DNA of 64,000 nt, from contig OZ241326.1 of the NCBI GenBank assembly GCA_965199855.1, positions 1,152,001 to 1,216,000 of the forward strand, written 5' to 3'. A program made the position numbers and the translations under genes. Under the pieces are notes generated by a model, which saw only the letters and a list, made by a program, of their open reading frames with translations, made no database searches and was not told where the DNA came from. Below are positions 10,247 to 20,174 of this stretch, piece by piece (within the stretch, counting starts at the first letter, position 1; each line of letters opens with the position of its first letter). The DNA is from a bacterium (GTDB lineage Bacteria; UBA8248).

Positions 10247-11479
10247 TCACGCGTCGATCACCCGGAAGCTCCTGTCCTGCGGGATGAGCATCTCCCAGCC
10301 GTTTTCCTTCACGACCACCGAGTATTCGATCTGGTAGCCCCCGTAGCCGAAGGTGCCCACCGGAGCCTCGATGTTGATGACCGAATCGGCGGGCAGGGGG
10401 ATTTCGGAGGAAGGCGGCAGAAACGGCTGGTCGTGTCTGGATTCGTCCCCCAGGATGAAGGGGAACTCCCTCGCCTCCAGCCCCACCGTGTGGCCGGCGA
10501 ACGGGGCGTCGAACTCGGGAAAGCGCGATTGGACGCCCTTGATCAGCGCCTGGTATATCCGGCTTCCCGTGCAGCCGGCCCGGATCACCTCCAGGCACTC
10601 GTGAAATCCCTCTTCGATGCCCTTCCACTCGCGCCGCGTTCGCGCGCTCGGCTCGCCGATGGAGCCGCAGCTTCCCGTGTCGGCGTTGTAGTTCCGGTAA
10701 AAAAGCCCGGCGTCGAACATGAAGTGGTCGCCTTTTTCGAGCTTTCTGTCCGTGGGCGGGAAGATGAAGACGCTCCTCGCGCCGCTGTTGAAGTGGAACC
10801 AGTGCCACATGCCGCCGGGCCGGGCCACCGCCTGCCGCCAGACCTCGGCGACCTCGCGCTCGCTCACGCCCTCGCGCGCGAAGTCGAACACCTCGGAGAT
10901 GGCGTCCTCGTTCACCTGCGCCGCCTGGCGCAGGCGATCGAGCTCGTCCGCCGTCTTCACGAGACGGGTCATCAGGAAGAGCCCCGAGCCGGGGATGAAC
11001 TCGCAGCCCGGGAGCTTCTCCTTGAGCGCGCTGAACAGGCTGTCCGGGCAGCCCTCCTCATCCAGGGCGATTCTGCCCGAGGTGATTCCGCGATCCTTCA
11101 GCGCCGCCAGCAGGCCGTCGAGAAGGGTGGAGTGCCTGGCGCCGCTCTCGTGAAGCGCGAGATAGCGCCTCATCTCGTCGTCGTGGGGCTCATACCCTTC
11201 CGGCTCGATGTGATACGCCTGTCCTCCCCAGACGTAGACGTTTTCCGCGTGTCCGCCATAGGCGGCGTAGTAGGTGTTGTCCGCGCGGTTCATGACGAGG
11301 TCTGTCCCCGAGGCCGGGTCGCCGGTGAGCAGGGCGCAGCTCTTTCGCGCCCGATACACCCGCTGCGCCCAGCCGATGTGCCCCGTCAGGTAGGTGACGT
11401 TCTCCATCGTGGTGCCGATCATGGCCGCCACGTCGTGCTCCCGCATCAGTTCCAGCGCGCGTTCCTTGTTGTAGAGCAT
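10247..11479 (-). CDS. M24 (Xaa-Pro peptidase/creatinase-like) family protein
   Basis: ENVTYLTG, VKTADEL, metal ligands D,D,H,E,E (FDAG, NADTG, GHTVG, NIEAP, QIEY). Confidence 0.85.
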   Translation of the reverse strand: MLYNKERALELMREHDVAAMIGTTMENVTYLTGHIGWAQRVYRARKSCALLTGDPASGTDLVMNRADNTYYAAYGGHAENVYVWGGQAYHIEPEGYEPHDDEMRRYLALHESGARHSTLLDGLLAALKDRGITSGRIALDEEGCPDSLFSALKEKLPGCEFIPGSGLFLMTRLVKTADELDRLRQAAQVNEDAISEVFDFAREGVSEREVAEVWRQAVARPGGMWHWFHFNSGARSVFIFPPTDRKLEKGDHFMFDAGLFYRNYNADTGSCGSIGEPSARTRREWKGIEEGFHECLEVIRAGCTGSRIYQALIKGVQSRFPEFDAPFAGHTVGLEAREFPFILGDESRHDQPFLPPSSEIPLPADSVINIEAPVGTFGYGGYQIEYSVVVKENGWEMLIPQDRSFRVIDA

Positions 11480-11582
11480 GTTGCGTCTCCCCGATAAATG
11501 CTTCGGCTTCGTGGAATTCGTCGGAAAATGTCCCTGGGGAATGTGTAGCACAGCCGGGCCGCTTCGGGCGAGGCGCGGACGC

Positions 11583-11611
11583 TTGACAGATGCGGGCGGG
11601 GTTTATATGAG
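11583..11611 (+). promoter_or_regulatory. putative sigma70 promoter
   Basis: TTGACA-17bp-TATGAG upstream of the HD-domain gene. Confidence 0.45.
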
Positions 11612-11622
11612 AACGAGAGCGC

Positions 11623-12231
11623 ATGGCTCATCGTTTCCAGGGGAGGACGCCGCGCGTGGAACTGGATCGTCCGAGCGCCGAGGCGCTTTTGTTCGAGTGG
11701 ACGAAAAGCCCGAATCTGCGGGCGCACGCCCGGGCGGTGGAGGCCGCCCTGCGCGCCTACGCGAGGAAGTTCGGGGAGGACGAGGCGCTCTGGGGAGTCA
11801 CCGGCCTGCTGCACGACATGGATTACGAGAAGCATCCCGCGCCGGAGGAGCACCCAGAAGTCGGCTGCGCGGCGTTGCGCGAGAAGGGCTACCCGGAGGA
11901 GATGATACGGGCCATCCTCGGACACGCGCAGTATCTGGGGGTGCCCAGGGAGACGCGCCTCGCCCGGGCGCTTTTCGCGGTGGACGAGCTCGTGGGCCTC
12001 ATCACCGCCGTCGCCCTGGTGAATCCGGCGAAGGACGTTCGCCAGGTGAAGCTCAGGAGCGTGCGGAAGAAATGGAAGGACAAGGCCTTCGCCAAGGGCG
12101 TGAACCGCCAGGACGTGGAGACGGGCGCCGCCGAGCTGGGGGTGCCTCTGGAGGAGCACGTCGCCTTCACGCTGGAGGCCATGCAGGGCGTCGCCGGGGA
12201 TTTGGGACTCGACGGTTCGCTCGCCCGCTGA
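11623..12231 (+). CDS. HD-domain (HDIG-type) phosphohydrolase
   Basis: NLRAH, GLLHDMDYE, AILGH, LFAVDEL. Confidence 0.85.
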   Translation: MAHRFQGRTPRVELDRPSAEALLFEWTKSPNLRAHARAVEAALRAYARKFGEDEALWGVTGLLHDMDYEKHPAPEEHPEVGCAALREKGYPEEMIRAILGHAQYLGVPRETRLARALFAVDELVGLITAVALVNPAKDVRQVKLRSVRKKWKDKAFAKGVNRQDVETGAAELGVPLEEHVAFTLEAMQGVAGDLGLDGSLAR

Positions 12232-12269
12232 TGTCCTTGATTTTTTTGAAAAAACATCATCGTTTCGCG

Positions 12270-12298
12270 TTGACGATGGGGGTTGATTTCCGCATAAT
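12270..12298 (+). promoter_or_regulatory. putative sigma70 promoter for the oxidoreductase operon
   Basis: TTGACG-17bp-CATAAT. Confidence 0.6.
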
Positions 12299-12451
12299 TC
12301 CCGCTTTGTCGGCTGAGCGATGAATCGCCAACGGGATTCACACGGGTCATGCTCATAAAAGGCATGGACAAGATGCGGCCTCTCGCGGTGAACGAAACCC
12401 TCCTTGTATCCTCCAACGCCACATCAACCCACTGAAAGGACATCTAAAGCG

Positions 12452-14308
12452 ATGGCTGAGTCTTCAGGGAAGAGCGGGGCTGGGAAGCAGCTTGTTGAGC
12501 TCGAAACGGTGGCGATTCGCTTCGCCGGCGACTCCGGCGACGGGATGCAGCTCACGGGAGACAGGTTCACGAACGCGGCGGCCATCGCCGGGAACGACCT
12601 GAGCACGTTTCCGGACTTTCCGGCGGAGATTCGCGCGCCGGTGGGAACCCTGGCCGGCGTGAGCGGGTTCCAGATCAACTTCTCGAGCAGGGACATTCAT
12701 ACCCCCGGCGACGCCGTGGATGTTCTGGTGGCGATGAACCCCGCCGCCCTCAAGACGAGCATCGGCGACCTCAAGAGCGGCGGCATCGTCATCGCCAACG
12801 TGGACAATTTCGGGCAGAAGAATCTCGATAAGGCGGGCTACGAGTCGAACCCCCTGGAGGATGAGGAGTTCAGACGCAGCTACCAGGTCCACGAGGTGAA
12901 GATCACCTCCATGACGCGGCAGGCGCTCGAGGACATGGAGCTTCAGACCAACCTGGCGGATCGGTGCAAGAACTTCTTCGCGCTGGGTCTCATGTACTGG
13001 ATGTATTCGCGCCCGCTCGATCCCACGAAGCAGTGGATCGAGGAGAAGTTCGGCAAGCGCCCCGAATTCGTGCAGGCCAACACGCGCGCGCTCGAGGCGG
13101 GCTATTTCTTCGGCGAGAACACCGAAGTGTTCACCAGCAACTACATCGTGCGCGAGGCGGCCTACCCGGCCGGCAGGTACAGGAACATATCGGGCAACGT
13201 CGCCCTGGCCTACGGCTTCATCGCGGCGACGAAGAAAATGGGCGTCAGCCTCTTCTGGGGCGCCTATCCGATCACGCCCGCCAGCGACGTTCTCCACGAA
13301 CTCTCCCGGCACAAGAACTTCGGGGTGCAGACGTTCCAGGCCGAGGACGAAATCGCCGCGGTGTCCGCCGCGCTCGGCGCCTCGTTCGCGGGCTCGCTCG
13401 GCGTGACCTGCTCGAGCGGCCCCGGCATCGCCCTCAAGGCCGAAGCCATGGGACTGGGCGTGATGACGGAGCTTCCCATGGTCGTCGCCGACATCCAGCG
13501 GGGCGGCCCCAGCACCGGCCTTCCGACGAAGACCGAGCAGGCCGACCTGCTCCAGGTGATGTTCGGCCGCAACAGCGAAAGCCCGCTGCCCGTCGTGGCG
13601 GCGGCGACCCCGGGGGACTGCTTCTGGACGGCCATCGAGGCGTGCCGCCTGGCGGTGAAATACATGACCCCCGTGGTGCTTTTGAGCGACGGCTATCTGG
13701 CCAACGGCTCGGAGCCCTGGCTCCTGCCCAGGGCCTCCGACATTCCCGAGATGCCGGTGGTCTTCCGGACGGAGCCGGAGGGCTTCCTGCCCTACGAGCG
13801 CGACCCCGAAACGCTGGCGCGCCCCTGGGCGGTTCCGGGAACGCCCGGACTCGAGCACAGAATCGGCGGAATCGAGAAGCAGGACGGCACCGGGAACGTC
13901 AACTACGAGCCCGAGAACCACGAATACATGGTCCGCACGCGCGCGGCGAAGATTGAGGGCATCGCCGGGGACATCCCGCCCGCCGAGGTCATCGGCGAGA
14001 AGAGCGGCAAGGTTCTCGTCATCGGCTGGGGCGGCACCTTCGGCGCCATCACGGCGGCGATCGAGGCGCTGCAGGCGCGCGGCGCCTCCGTCTCCCAGGT
14101 GCACCTCCGCCATCTGAACCCCTTCCCGGCGAACCTGGAAGAGGTGATGAGCGGCTTTGAAGCCATTCTCGTCCCTGAACTGAACATGGGGCAGCTCTCC
14201 AAGATGCTCCGCTACCGGTTCCTCGTCGATACGGTCAGCTTCAGCAAGGTTCAGGGAAAGCCCTTCAAGGTCGGCGAACTCATCACCAAGATCGAGGAGT
14301 TGCTCTAA
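12452..14308 (+). CDS. korA: 2-oxoacid:ferredoxin oxidoreductase alpha subunit
   Basis: FAGDSGDGMQLTG, YPITPASD, QAEDEIAA, QRGGPSTGLPTK. Confidence 0.92.
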   Translation: MAESSGKSGAGKQLVELETVAIRFAGDSGDGMQLTGDRFTNAAAIAGNDLSTFPDFPAEIRAPVGTLAGVSGFQINFSSRDIHTPGDAVDVLVAMNPAALKTSIGDLKSGGIVIANVDNFGQKNLDKAGYESNPLEDEEFRRSYQVHEVKITSMTRQALEDMELQTNLADRCKNFFALGLMYWMYSRPLDPTKQWIEEKFGKRPEFVQANTRALEAGYFFGENTEVFTSNYIVREAAYPAGRYRNISGNVALAYGFIAATKKMGVSLFWGAYPITPASDVLHELSRHKNFGVQTFQAEDEIAAVSAALGASFAGSLGVTCSSGPGIALKAEAMGLGVMTELPMVVADIQRGGPSTGLPTKTEQADLLQVMFGRNSESPLPVVAAATPGDCFWTAIEACRLAVKYMTPVVLLSDGYLANGSEPWLLPRASDIPEMPVVFRTEPEGFLPYERDPETLARPWAVPGTPGLEHRIGGIEKQDGTGNVNYEPENHEYMVRTRAAKIEGIAGDIPPAEVIGEKSGKVLVIGWGGTFGAITAAIEALQARGASVSQVHLRHLNPFPANLEEVMSGFEAILVPELNMGQLSKMLRYRFLVDTVSFSKVQGKPFKVGELITKIEELL

Positions 14309-15331
14309 ATGGCTACGACGACAGCGAAGAACGGGGGCGGGCTGGGCCTCACGCGCAAGGATTTCCAGTCCGACCAGGTCGTGCGCTGGTGCCCCGGCTG
14401 CGGAGACTACGCGATTCTCGCCCAGATGCAGAAGGTTTTGCCGAACCTCGGGATTCCGCGCGAGAAATTCGTCTTCATCTCCGGCATCGGCTGCGCGGCG
14501 CGCTTTCCCTACTACATGGACACCTTCGGTTTCCATACGATTCACGGGCGCGCGCCGGCCTTCGCCACGGGCGTGAAGGCGAGCAATCCGGATTTGTCCG
14601 TCTGGGTCATCAGCGGCGACGGCGACGCGCTGAGCATCGGCGGAAACCACCTGATTCACGCCATGCGCCGGAACGTGGGCGTGAAGATCGTCCTCTTCAA
14701 CAACCGCGTCTATGGACTGACCAAGGGGCAGTATTCGCCCACCTCCCTTCTGGGCTCCCGCACGAAGTCCACTCCCATCGGCTCGGTGGACTATCCGCTC
14801 CACCCGCTGACGCTGGCCGTCGGGGCGGAGTGCAGCTTCGTCGCCCGCACCTCGGACAGGGATCAGAAGCACATGGCCTCGATGTTCGAGGAGATGGCGC
14901 GCCACGAGGGGGCGTCCATCCTCGAGGTGCTCCAGAACTGCATCGTGTTCAACGACGGGGCGTGGCACAAATACACCGAGAAGGGCCTGAAGGAGCAGAA
15001 CGTCCTCTATCTCGAGGACGGCCGGCCCCTCGTCTATGGCCCGGCGGACGACCGCAAGGGGATTTCCCTGAGCGACTACCGGATCGGGATCGTCGCGCCC
15101 GACTCGCCCGAGGTCGCCACCCATCGCGTGGACGACGAGACGGGCGCATACGCCCACGTGCTGAGCCGGGTCGAGCTGGAGGGCGGCCCCGTGCCGCTCG
15201 GCGTCCTGAGAAAGGTGGAGCGTCCGCCCTTCGAGGGGCTGATGGCGGAGCAGGTGGCGGCGGCCGAGGCGAAGGGCGAGGGCGACATCGACGCCCTGCT
15301 CAATTCGGGAGACACCTGGGAGCACCAATAG
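14309..15331 (+). CDS. korB: 2-oxoacid:ferredoxin oxidoreductase beta subunit
   Basis: WCPGCGD, SGIGC, HGRA, GDGD...NN TPP motif, YGLTKGQYSPT. Confidence 0.92.
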   Translation: MATTTAKNGGGLGLTRKDFQSDQVVRWCPGCGDYAILAQMQKVLPNLGIPREKFVFISGIGCAARFPYYMDTFGFHTIHGRAPAFATGVKASNPDLSVWVISGDGDALSIGGNHLIHAMRRNVGVKIVLFNNRVYGLTKGQYSPTSLLGSRTKSTPIGSVDYPLHPLTLAVGAECSFVARTSDRDQKHMASMFEEMARHEGASILEVLQNCIVFNDGAWHKYTEKGLKEQNVLYLEDGRPLVYGPADDRKGISLSDYRIGIVAPDSPEVATHRVDDETGAYAHVLSRVELEGGPVPLGVLRKVERPPFEGLMAEQVAAAEAKGEGDIDALLNSGDTWEHQ

Positions 15332-15347
15332 TTTCGGGCAGCTGCGG

Positions 15348-15381
15348 GGGCCGTCGGAATTCGTTCCGGCGGCCCTTTTTT
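15348..15381 (+). terminator. intrinsic terminator
   Basis: GGGCCGTCGGAA-TTCG-TTCCGGCGGCCC followed by T6. Confidence 0.75.
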
Positions 15382-15419
15382 CCCGCTTGCGGGCGATTCA
15401 TTCATCGCGTCGGGTCCTC

Positions 15420-16289
15420 ATGTCCAGAGTTTCCACCCTTCTCCTCGTTCACGCGCACCCGGATGACGAATGCAGCGGCACGGGCGGCCTGATTCTCAAG
15501 AGCGCGCGCGAGGGGCGCCGCGTCGTCCTCGTCACCTGCACGAACGGCGAGATGGGCGATACGAAGAACATGGGCGTGTATCTGTCCCCCGACTCCGAGC
15601 TGACGAGGAGGGTGCTGGGGCGAATCAGGAGATGGGAACTCGCGCGGGCGGCGCGCATCCTGCGAATCTCCCGCGTCCACGCCCTGGGCTATCGGGACTC
15701 CGGCATGGAGGAGTGGAAGTCGAACCGGCATCCCGAAGCCTTCATCAACGCGGACAAGGAAGAGGTCGTGAGGAGGCTCGCGGGCTATATTCGCCGCTAC
15801 CGCCCGGAAGTGGTCGTCACCTACAACGAGCGGGGCGGATACGGCCACCCCGACCACGTGATGGCGAACAGGACGGCCACGGAGGCGCTGGAGGCGGCCG
15901 CCGACCCGGAGCGGTTTTCGGACGGCGGCCGGGAAGCCTGGCGGGTTCCGAAGTTCTACCACGCGGCGTGGTCGCGCTCGAAGATGCTGCGCGCCTGGCG
16001 CTGGATGAAGCGCCTGGGGCAGAAGACGCCGCTCGACGATCCGGATTTCGACCAGGAGCGCTTCGGGACGCCGGATGAGGACATCACCACCCGCGTGAAC
16101 GTAAGCCGCCACCTGCGCCGCAAATGGCGCGCGCTCACGGCGCACGAGAGCCAGATCAACGGAAACTTCTTCTGGTGGTTCACCCGCATGACGGGCCGCT
16201 GGCTCTACGGCGAGGAGTCCTTCGTCCGCGTCCATCCGCCGCCGGCGCCGGGGGAGAGCGAGACTTCGGTGTTCGACGGCCTAGACTGA
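15420..16289 (+). CDS. PIG-L family deacetylase (MshB/Mca-like)
   Basis: HAHPDDE, YRDSGM, GGYGHPDH, AHESQ. Confidence 0.88.
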   Translation: MSRVSTLLLVHAHPDDECSGTGGLILKSAREGRRVVLVTCTNGEMGDTKNMGVYLSPDSELTRRVLGRIRRWELARAARILRISRVHALGYRDSGMEEWKSNRHPEAFINADKEEVVRRLAGYIRRYRPEVVVTYNERGGYGHPDHVMANRTATEALEAAADPERFSDGGREAWRVPKFYHAAWSRSKMLRAWRWMKRLGQKTPLDDPDFDQERFGTPDEDITTRVNVSRHLRRKWRALTAHESQINGNFFWWFTRMTGRWLYGEESFVRVHPPPAPGESETSVFDGLD

Positions 16290-16679
16290 GCCGGGCGGAA
16301 TCGGCGCGCTCACCTCGATCAAAAACCCGTTCGGGTCCCTCAGCATGAACATTCTCACGCCCCAGGGCGCGTTCCGGGGCGCGAAGAGGATATCCGCCCC
16401 CTTTGCGAGGAGCGCGTCGTAGGCTTCGTCCACGTCCCCGGGCGCGAGGGTGAGGACGACGCCCGAGCCTCTCGGCTCCCGGAGCGGCTCGAGCCCCCAC
16501 CGCCTCATCTCCGCGTCCGGAATCGGGGCGTGAACCACGAGCGAGACGCCCCCCAGCGCGTAGCGCGCGTGATCCTTCGCCCGGCTCGCCTCTTTCAGCC
16601 CCAGCGTCTCGCCGTAGAAGCGGAGCGACGCCTCGTAGTCCCTCGTGATGAGGAAGACGGCGGGCAGGGCGCGGAACAA
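16281..16679 (-). CDS. VOC/glyoxalase family protein
   Basis: FYGETLGL...PWGVRMFMLRDPNGFLIE. Confidence 0.8.
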   Translation of the reverse strand: MFRALPAVFLITRDYEASLRFYGETLGLKEASRAKDHARYALGGVSLVVHAPIPDAEMRRWGLEPLREPRGSGVVLTLAPGDVDEAYDALLAKGADILFAPRNAPWGVRMFMLRDPNGFLIEVSAPIPPGSV

Positions 16680-16947
16680 GGCGACGGCTCCCGGCGCGGG
16701 GGCGGGCGGCGCGGGGCGAGCGTATCACGGTTCGGACGCCCGGCGGGGGCCGTTTTTCCGGAAATCGCGCGCGTTTGCCCGCACCTGCCCGCATTTGCGG
16801 CTGCGCGGGCGCGGCCGGAGGGGGTATGTTGGAGATGTTCGGGAGGCGCCCCGGGCGCGCGGGAGACGACAAGAGGGGAGTGAAGCGGGATGATTCGGAG
16901 ACGGAGCGGGGGCGTCAAAGGGGTGGAAAAAGGACGGGAAACAGCTG

Positions 16948-16996
16948 TCAATTTGTCGGAAAAGGCCGTGAATTTGTCTGTTTTTGTCGAAATGGG
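16948..16996. repeat. 21-bp direct repeats (2 copies), same element as 28105-28175
   Basis: TCAATTTGTCGGAAAAGGCCG TGAATTTGTCTGTTTTTGTCG AAATGGG. Confidence 0.6.
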
Positions 16997-17059
16997 TCTG
17001 AAATTGCCCAAGCGGCGCCGTTCCCGCTTGCGCGGCCGCGCGGCCGCGTTCGGGGTTCC

Positions 17060-17083
17060 GCAGGGGCGGTTCTCGAACCGCCC
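17060..17083 (+). repeat. REP-like hairpin (GYAG family)
   Basis: GCAGGGGCGGTTCTCGAACCGCCC. Confidence 0.7.
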
Positions 17084-17297
17084 GCGCAATGACGCCGCCC
17101 GCCTGCTGTCTTCCTTGCGGCGCACGGCGGCGTTGGCTAGATTGCGGGTCTGATTCCATGCGACGGGAGCCTCGCGCCCGCCAAGCGCGGCGGGATCTGA
17201 AAAATGTAAAATGACAATCGCTAGCATTGATACCCATTCTGTCTAAAGGCTGAAACCTGCCTATTCGCTGAAACGAATCCGCAAGAAAGTTGATCTG

Positions 17298-18191
17298 ATG
17301 GACACAAGAGAAATTCTGGAATCGGCATCTACGCACCTTCAAAGCCTGATCGGACATGTGTTTGACGTTATAGAGATTTCTAAACCGAAGACGCTGGACG
17401 CGGCGGTGAACCTTTCAAAAATTGTCTCGAAACTTTCCTCTTTTCTTGGAAGTTTAATCGAATTCGATACAGTCGAGTTTCTGAACGCTCAATCAGAGTA
17501 TCGAGCATTTGGTGAGTGGAAGCGCCAGGACCCTGGATTTCCCGATACTGTTTTCGCCGGCTCTGTTGCGCCTACGCCAGGCTTCGAGATCAAGGCATGG
17601 TTTCCTCTTGCAACGGAAATAACGGCGCGGTTCAAGGACACTCAAATTCATTTCGAGCAAGATCAGACTTGCGTCTGTATGCTTGCCTGGTTGCCGGATC
17701 GATTGATTTTCGGCAAGCCGACCATCATTGATGTTTGCATTGTCTCGGGTCGCTCAGTAGCGGAAGCGCGTGACAATCATTACCACAATCCGCCCGATTA
17801 CCTGGTAATCGAACCGGAGGATACAACAAGACGCACCCGAAATCTCCAACAGACCAACACGAACGGCTACAAGTTTCAGGGATCGCCAGATCAATTCGCC
17901 CAAGCGCGAAAAATCGTTGAGGGCTGGGGCCCGCAAGCGTGTTCCTATCAGACGGCTTATGAATATCAAGCCCGGCTACGGCGCCTGCTTGGAGCCTTCC
18001 CCTACCGACTCGACACGAATTTCGCCAAGATGGACAGGATCATGCATGCGGATATCGAAGATTTCAAACAGCGAGTATTAGGAAAAGAATTATACGGTTC
18101 GAGTATCAAGGAATGGAATCGCTTGCTCTACAGGGGGTCCGAGGAGGCCAAGCGGCAAAAACTTGATTCCCTTGTCCAATTCAAAACCTGA
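17298..18191 (+). CDS. putative type II restriction endonuclease (PD-(D/E)xK)
   Basis: FPD...GFEIK motif, low GC, convergent with a DNA methyltransferase. Confidence 0.65.
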   Translation: MDTREILESASTHLQSLIGHVFDVIEISKPKTLDAAVNLSKIVSKLSSFLGSLIEFDTVEFLNAQSEYRAFGEWKRQDPGFPDTVFAGSVAPTPGFEIKAWFPLATEITARFKDTQIHFEQDQTCVCMLAWLPDRLIFGKPTIIDVCIVSGRSVAEARDNHYHNPPDYLVIEPEDTTRRTRNLQQTNTNGYKFQGSPDQFAQARKIVEGWGPQACSYQTAYEYQARLRRLLGAFPYRLDTNFAKMDRIMHADIEDFKQRVLGKELYGSSIKEWNRLLYRGSEEAKRQKLDSLVQFKT

Positions 18192-18201
18192 CCAAGGGAA
18201 A

Positions 18202-19269
18202 TCAGCGAGACTCCTCAATGAGACGTTTTATCCCATAGTGGAAATACACAGGATTTATTTCTCCTCCGAAACTGCGTCTTCGTCCCGAGCGTGCAGCAAC
18301 GCACGCCGTGAACAAGCCCCCGAACGGCTCCCAGACAACGTCGCCTTCATCTGACGACGCGCGGATGAGCATGTTTATTAAGTCGAGGGGTTTCTGGTTG
18401 AGGTGGACAGCTTTGCCCGAATCTCCGTTGAGTTTGTACCGTTCCGGACCTCTGAGTGCCGGGCGATCCCATACGTTGGTGAAGCCATGCGGGCAGTCAA
18501 ACTTTGGGCGCATCGCAACCCATTGCTCCGCCGTTCCCGGTTGTTCGCCGTCGATGGAAAAATACGGCCGCCCGGTTGGATCGCCATGAAGATTCGCATA
18601 CTCCTGCATTCGGACGAACATTTCCGGAGGCGGGAAGTACCATAGATGCCCTTGGTCCAAGTATTTTCGCACGGCTGCGTCCGCAACGCCGCAGGCTGTG
18701 TTGGCTTTGCGAAGCGGTAGCCCGGTTCGTTTCCATTCCCGCAGAAGCCACTTTTTCAAGGCGAGCCCGTCAATGCGAGCCTCATACACGTATTGCACGC
18801 AAATTTCGGAGACAACGGGGAATCGTCGGATCCGGCGCGTGTTCACGTTGCCTGCAATGTGCCCTTTGCCCTTGTTCCATATATTGGCGTTTACGTAGCG
18901 CCATCCGTGCGCTTCCAATACGGGGTGAACCGCCGCCCAGCCGATTTCCGAGTTCCAGAACCAAAGAGTCGTCGCAGGCGTCGCGCGCTTTGACCATGCC
19001 ACAATGTGCGGGTAATACCAGTCCGGCAAATCCAGATGATCGGAGGTGTCTCCCTCGAACCCCAGGACGCCATAACCGCCGTCAGATACGATGACGGTTG
19101 GAGCGTCCCAATCGTCGTAGAAATCCAAGCTGTTTCCCTGTTGCACGCATACGAATTTGTCTGACCACTTGCTGGGCGTTTCTGCGGTGGGGATGGAGTT
19201 TGCCCTCCGACCGCGCCCTACGGTGCTTATCGGGGTAGGCCGCCTAGTTAGTATTCCTGGTATTGGCAC
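18202..19269 (-). CDS. site-specific DNA amino-methyltransferase (N4C/N6A, beta-class order)
   Basis: QGNSLD, motif IV-like SDGGY at the N-terminus, NIWNKG, HLNQKPLDLI...SSDEGDVVWEPFGG...GGEI at the C-terminus; start uncertain. Confidence 0.85.
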   Translation of the reverse strand: MPIPGILTRRPTPISTVGRGRRANSIPTAETPSKWSDKFVCVQQGNSLDFYDDWDAPTVIVSDGGYGVLGFEGDTSDHLDLPDWYYPHIVAWSKRATPATTLWFWNSEIGWAAVHPVLEAHGWRYVNANIWNKGKGHIAGNVNTRRIRRFPVVSEICVQYVYEARIDGLALKKWLLREWKRTGLPLRKANTACGVADAAVRKYLDQGHLWYFPPPEMFVRMQEYANLHGDPTGRPYFSIDGEQPGTAEQWVAMRPKFDCPHGFTNVWDRPALRGPERYKLNGDSGKAVHLNQKPLDLINMLIRASSDEGDVVWEPFGGLFTACVAARSGRRRSFGGEINPVYFHYGIKRLIEESR

Positions 19270-19500
19270 GCGAAACTCCCATGGCTTTTATGTCGTAAAG
19301 TGTCTGTTCATAATAACGCGATGGAGGGCATTTGCAAGGGTTTGGGTGGTATCTTGCGAATAGGTTTATGAAGATTTTGTTGGTGAAGCGGAGCAAGACG
19401 TCTGGTTCAGGTTAACGTATTTCTTCATGCGCTTGGGTGGGCCGAGCGCATGAGAGGGCCTTCCTTGCGTCCCAGCGTGCCCTTAGCTAGGAGAAATAGG

Positions 19501-20139
19501 GTGACTAACACAGGGAAGATTTATGCTGTAGTAAATTTTTTGGCGGCGTGCCGAATTAAAACGGAGATAATAATTCTGATTTTGGCGATAGTAGTCTTTT
19601 TGATTCCATCTGTAGAGAAATGGATGAAACTCGAGGAGGGGATAGCTTTTTTGATAGCGCTCTTGGCGTTCACGAACGTTTTGGCACCCTACTTAGAGAA
19701 AAGAATGCGACCAAAGGAGTACATATATCTTGCTTGGGTTGAGAATATGAAAAGCTTGGTGCTACTTGATTATCGACAATTTGAGTGGCAGGGAGGAGAT
19801 ACAATGATTATTCCAGTGCCGGAACCAAAACATTTGACTGTTAAAGGGCCGGGGATTACTTCGGCTTTAATGTTATTAATTCTGGAAAGTTGGGGGGAAG
19901 CTTGGATGGGCATTGAGGGGATGGAACCAGCAACTAGATACCATCCTAATCCACCATTTAACAAAGTTAAGATAAGGACAAATGATTTAGATGAACAGGG
20001 GGACGCGATAACTCGCGAATATCTGTCGTCGTCTAAGGATGACGGGCTGTATTATTCCGTTCAAGGAATTGAATGGTGGAATACGGCGGAGTGGAATAAG
20101 GACAGAAGAATTCAAATCAGGCAGAATAGGAAGAAATAA
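19501..20139 (+). CDS. hypothetical low-GC membrane protein
   Basis: AGGAG RBS before GTG 19501; two N-terminal hydrophobic segments; AT-rich codons. Confidence 0.6.
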   Translation: MTNTGKIYAVVNFLAACRIKTEIIILILAIVVFLIPSVEKWMKLEEGIAFLIALLAFTNVLAPYLEKRMRPKEYIYLAWVENMKSLVLLDYRQFEWQGGDTMIIPVPEPKHLTVKGPGITSALMLLILESWGEAWMGIEGMEPATRYHPNPPFNKVKIRTNDLDEQGDAITREYLSSSKDDGLYYSVQGIEWWNTAEWNKDRRIQIRQNRKK

Positions 20140-20174
20140 CGGAGAAAGGGGATGAGCAGAGAGTAGAAGGATTT

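Noticed and set aside
12232-12262. FNR box upstream of korA
   Set aside because: TTGAT and ATCA half-sites are present, but the spacing does not fit TTGAT-N4-ATCAA
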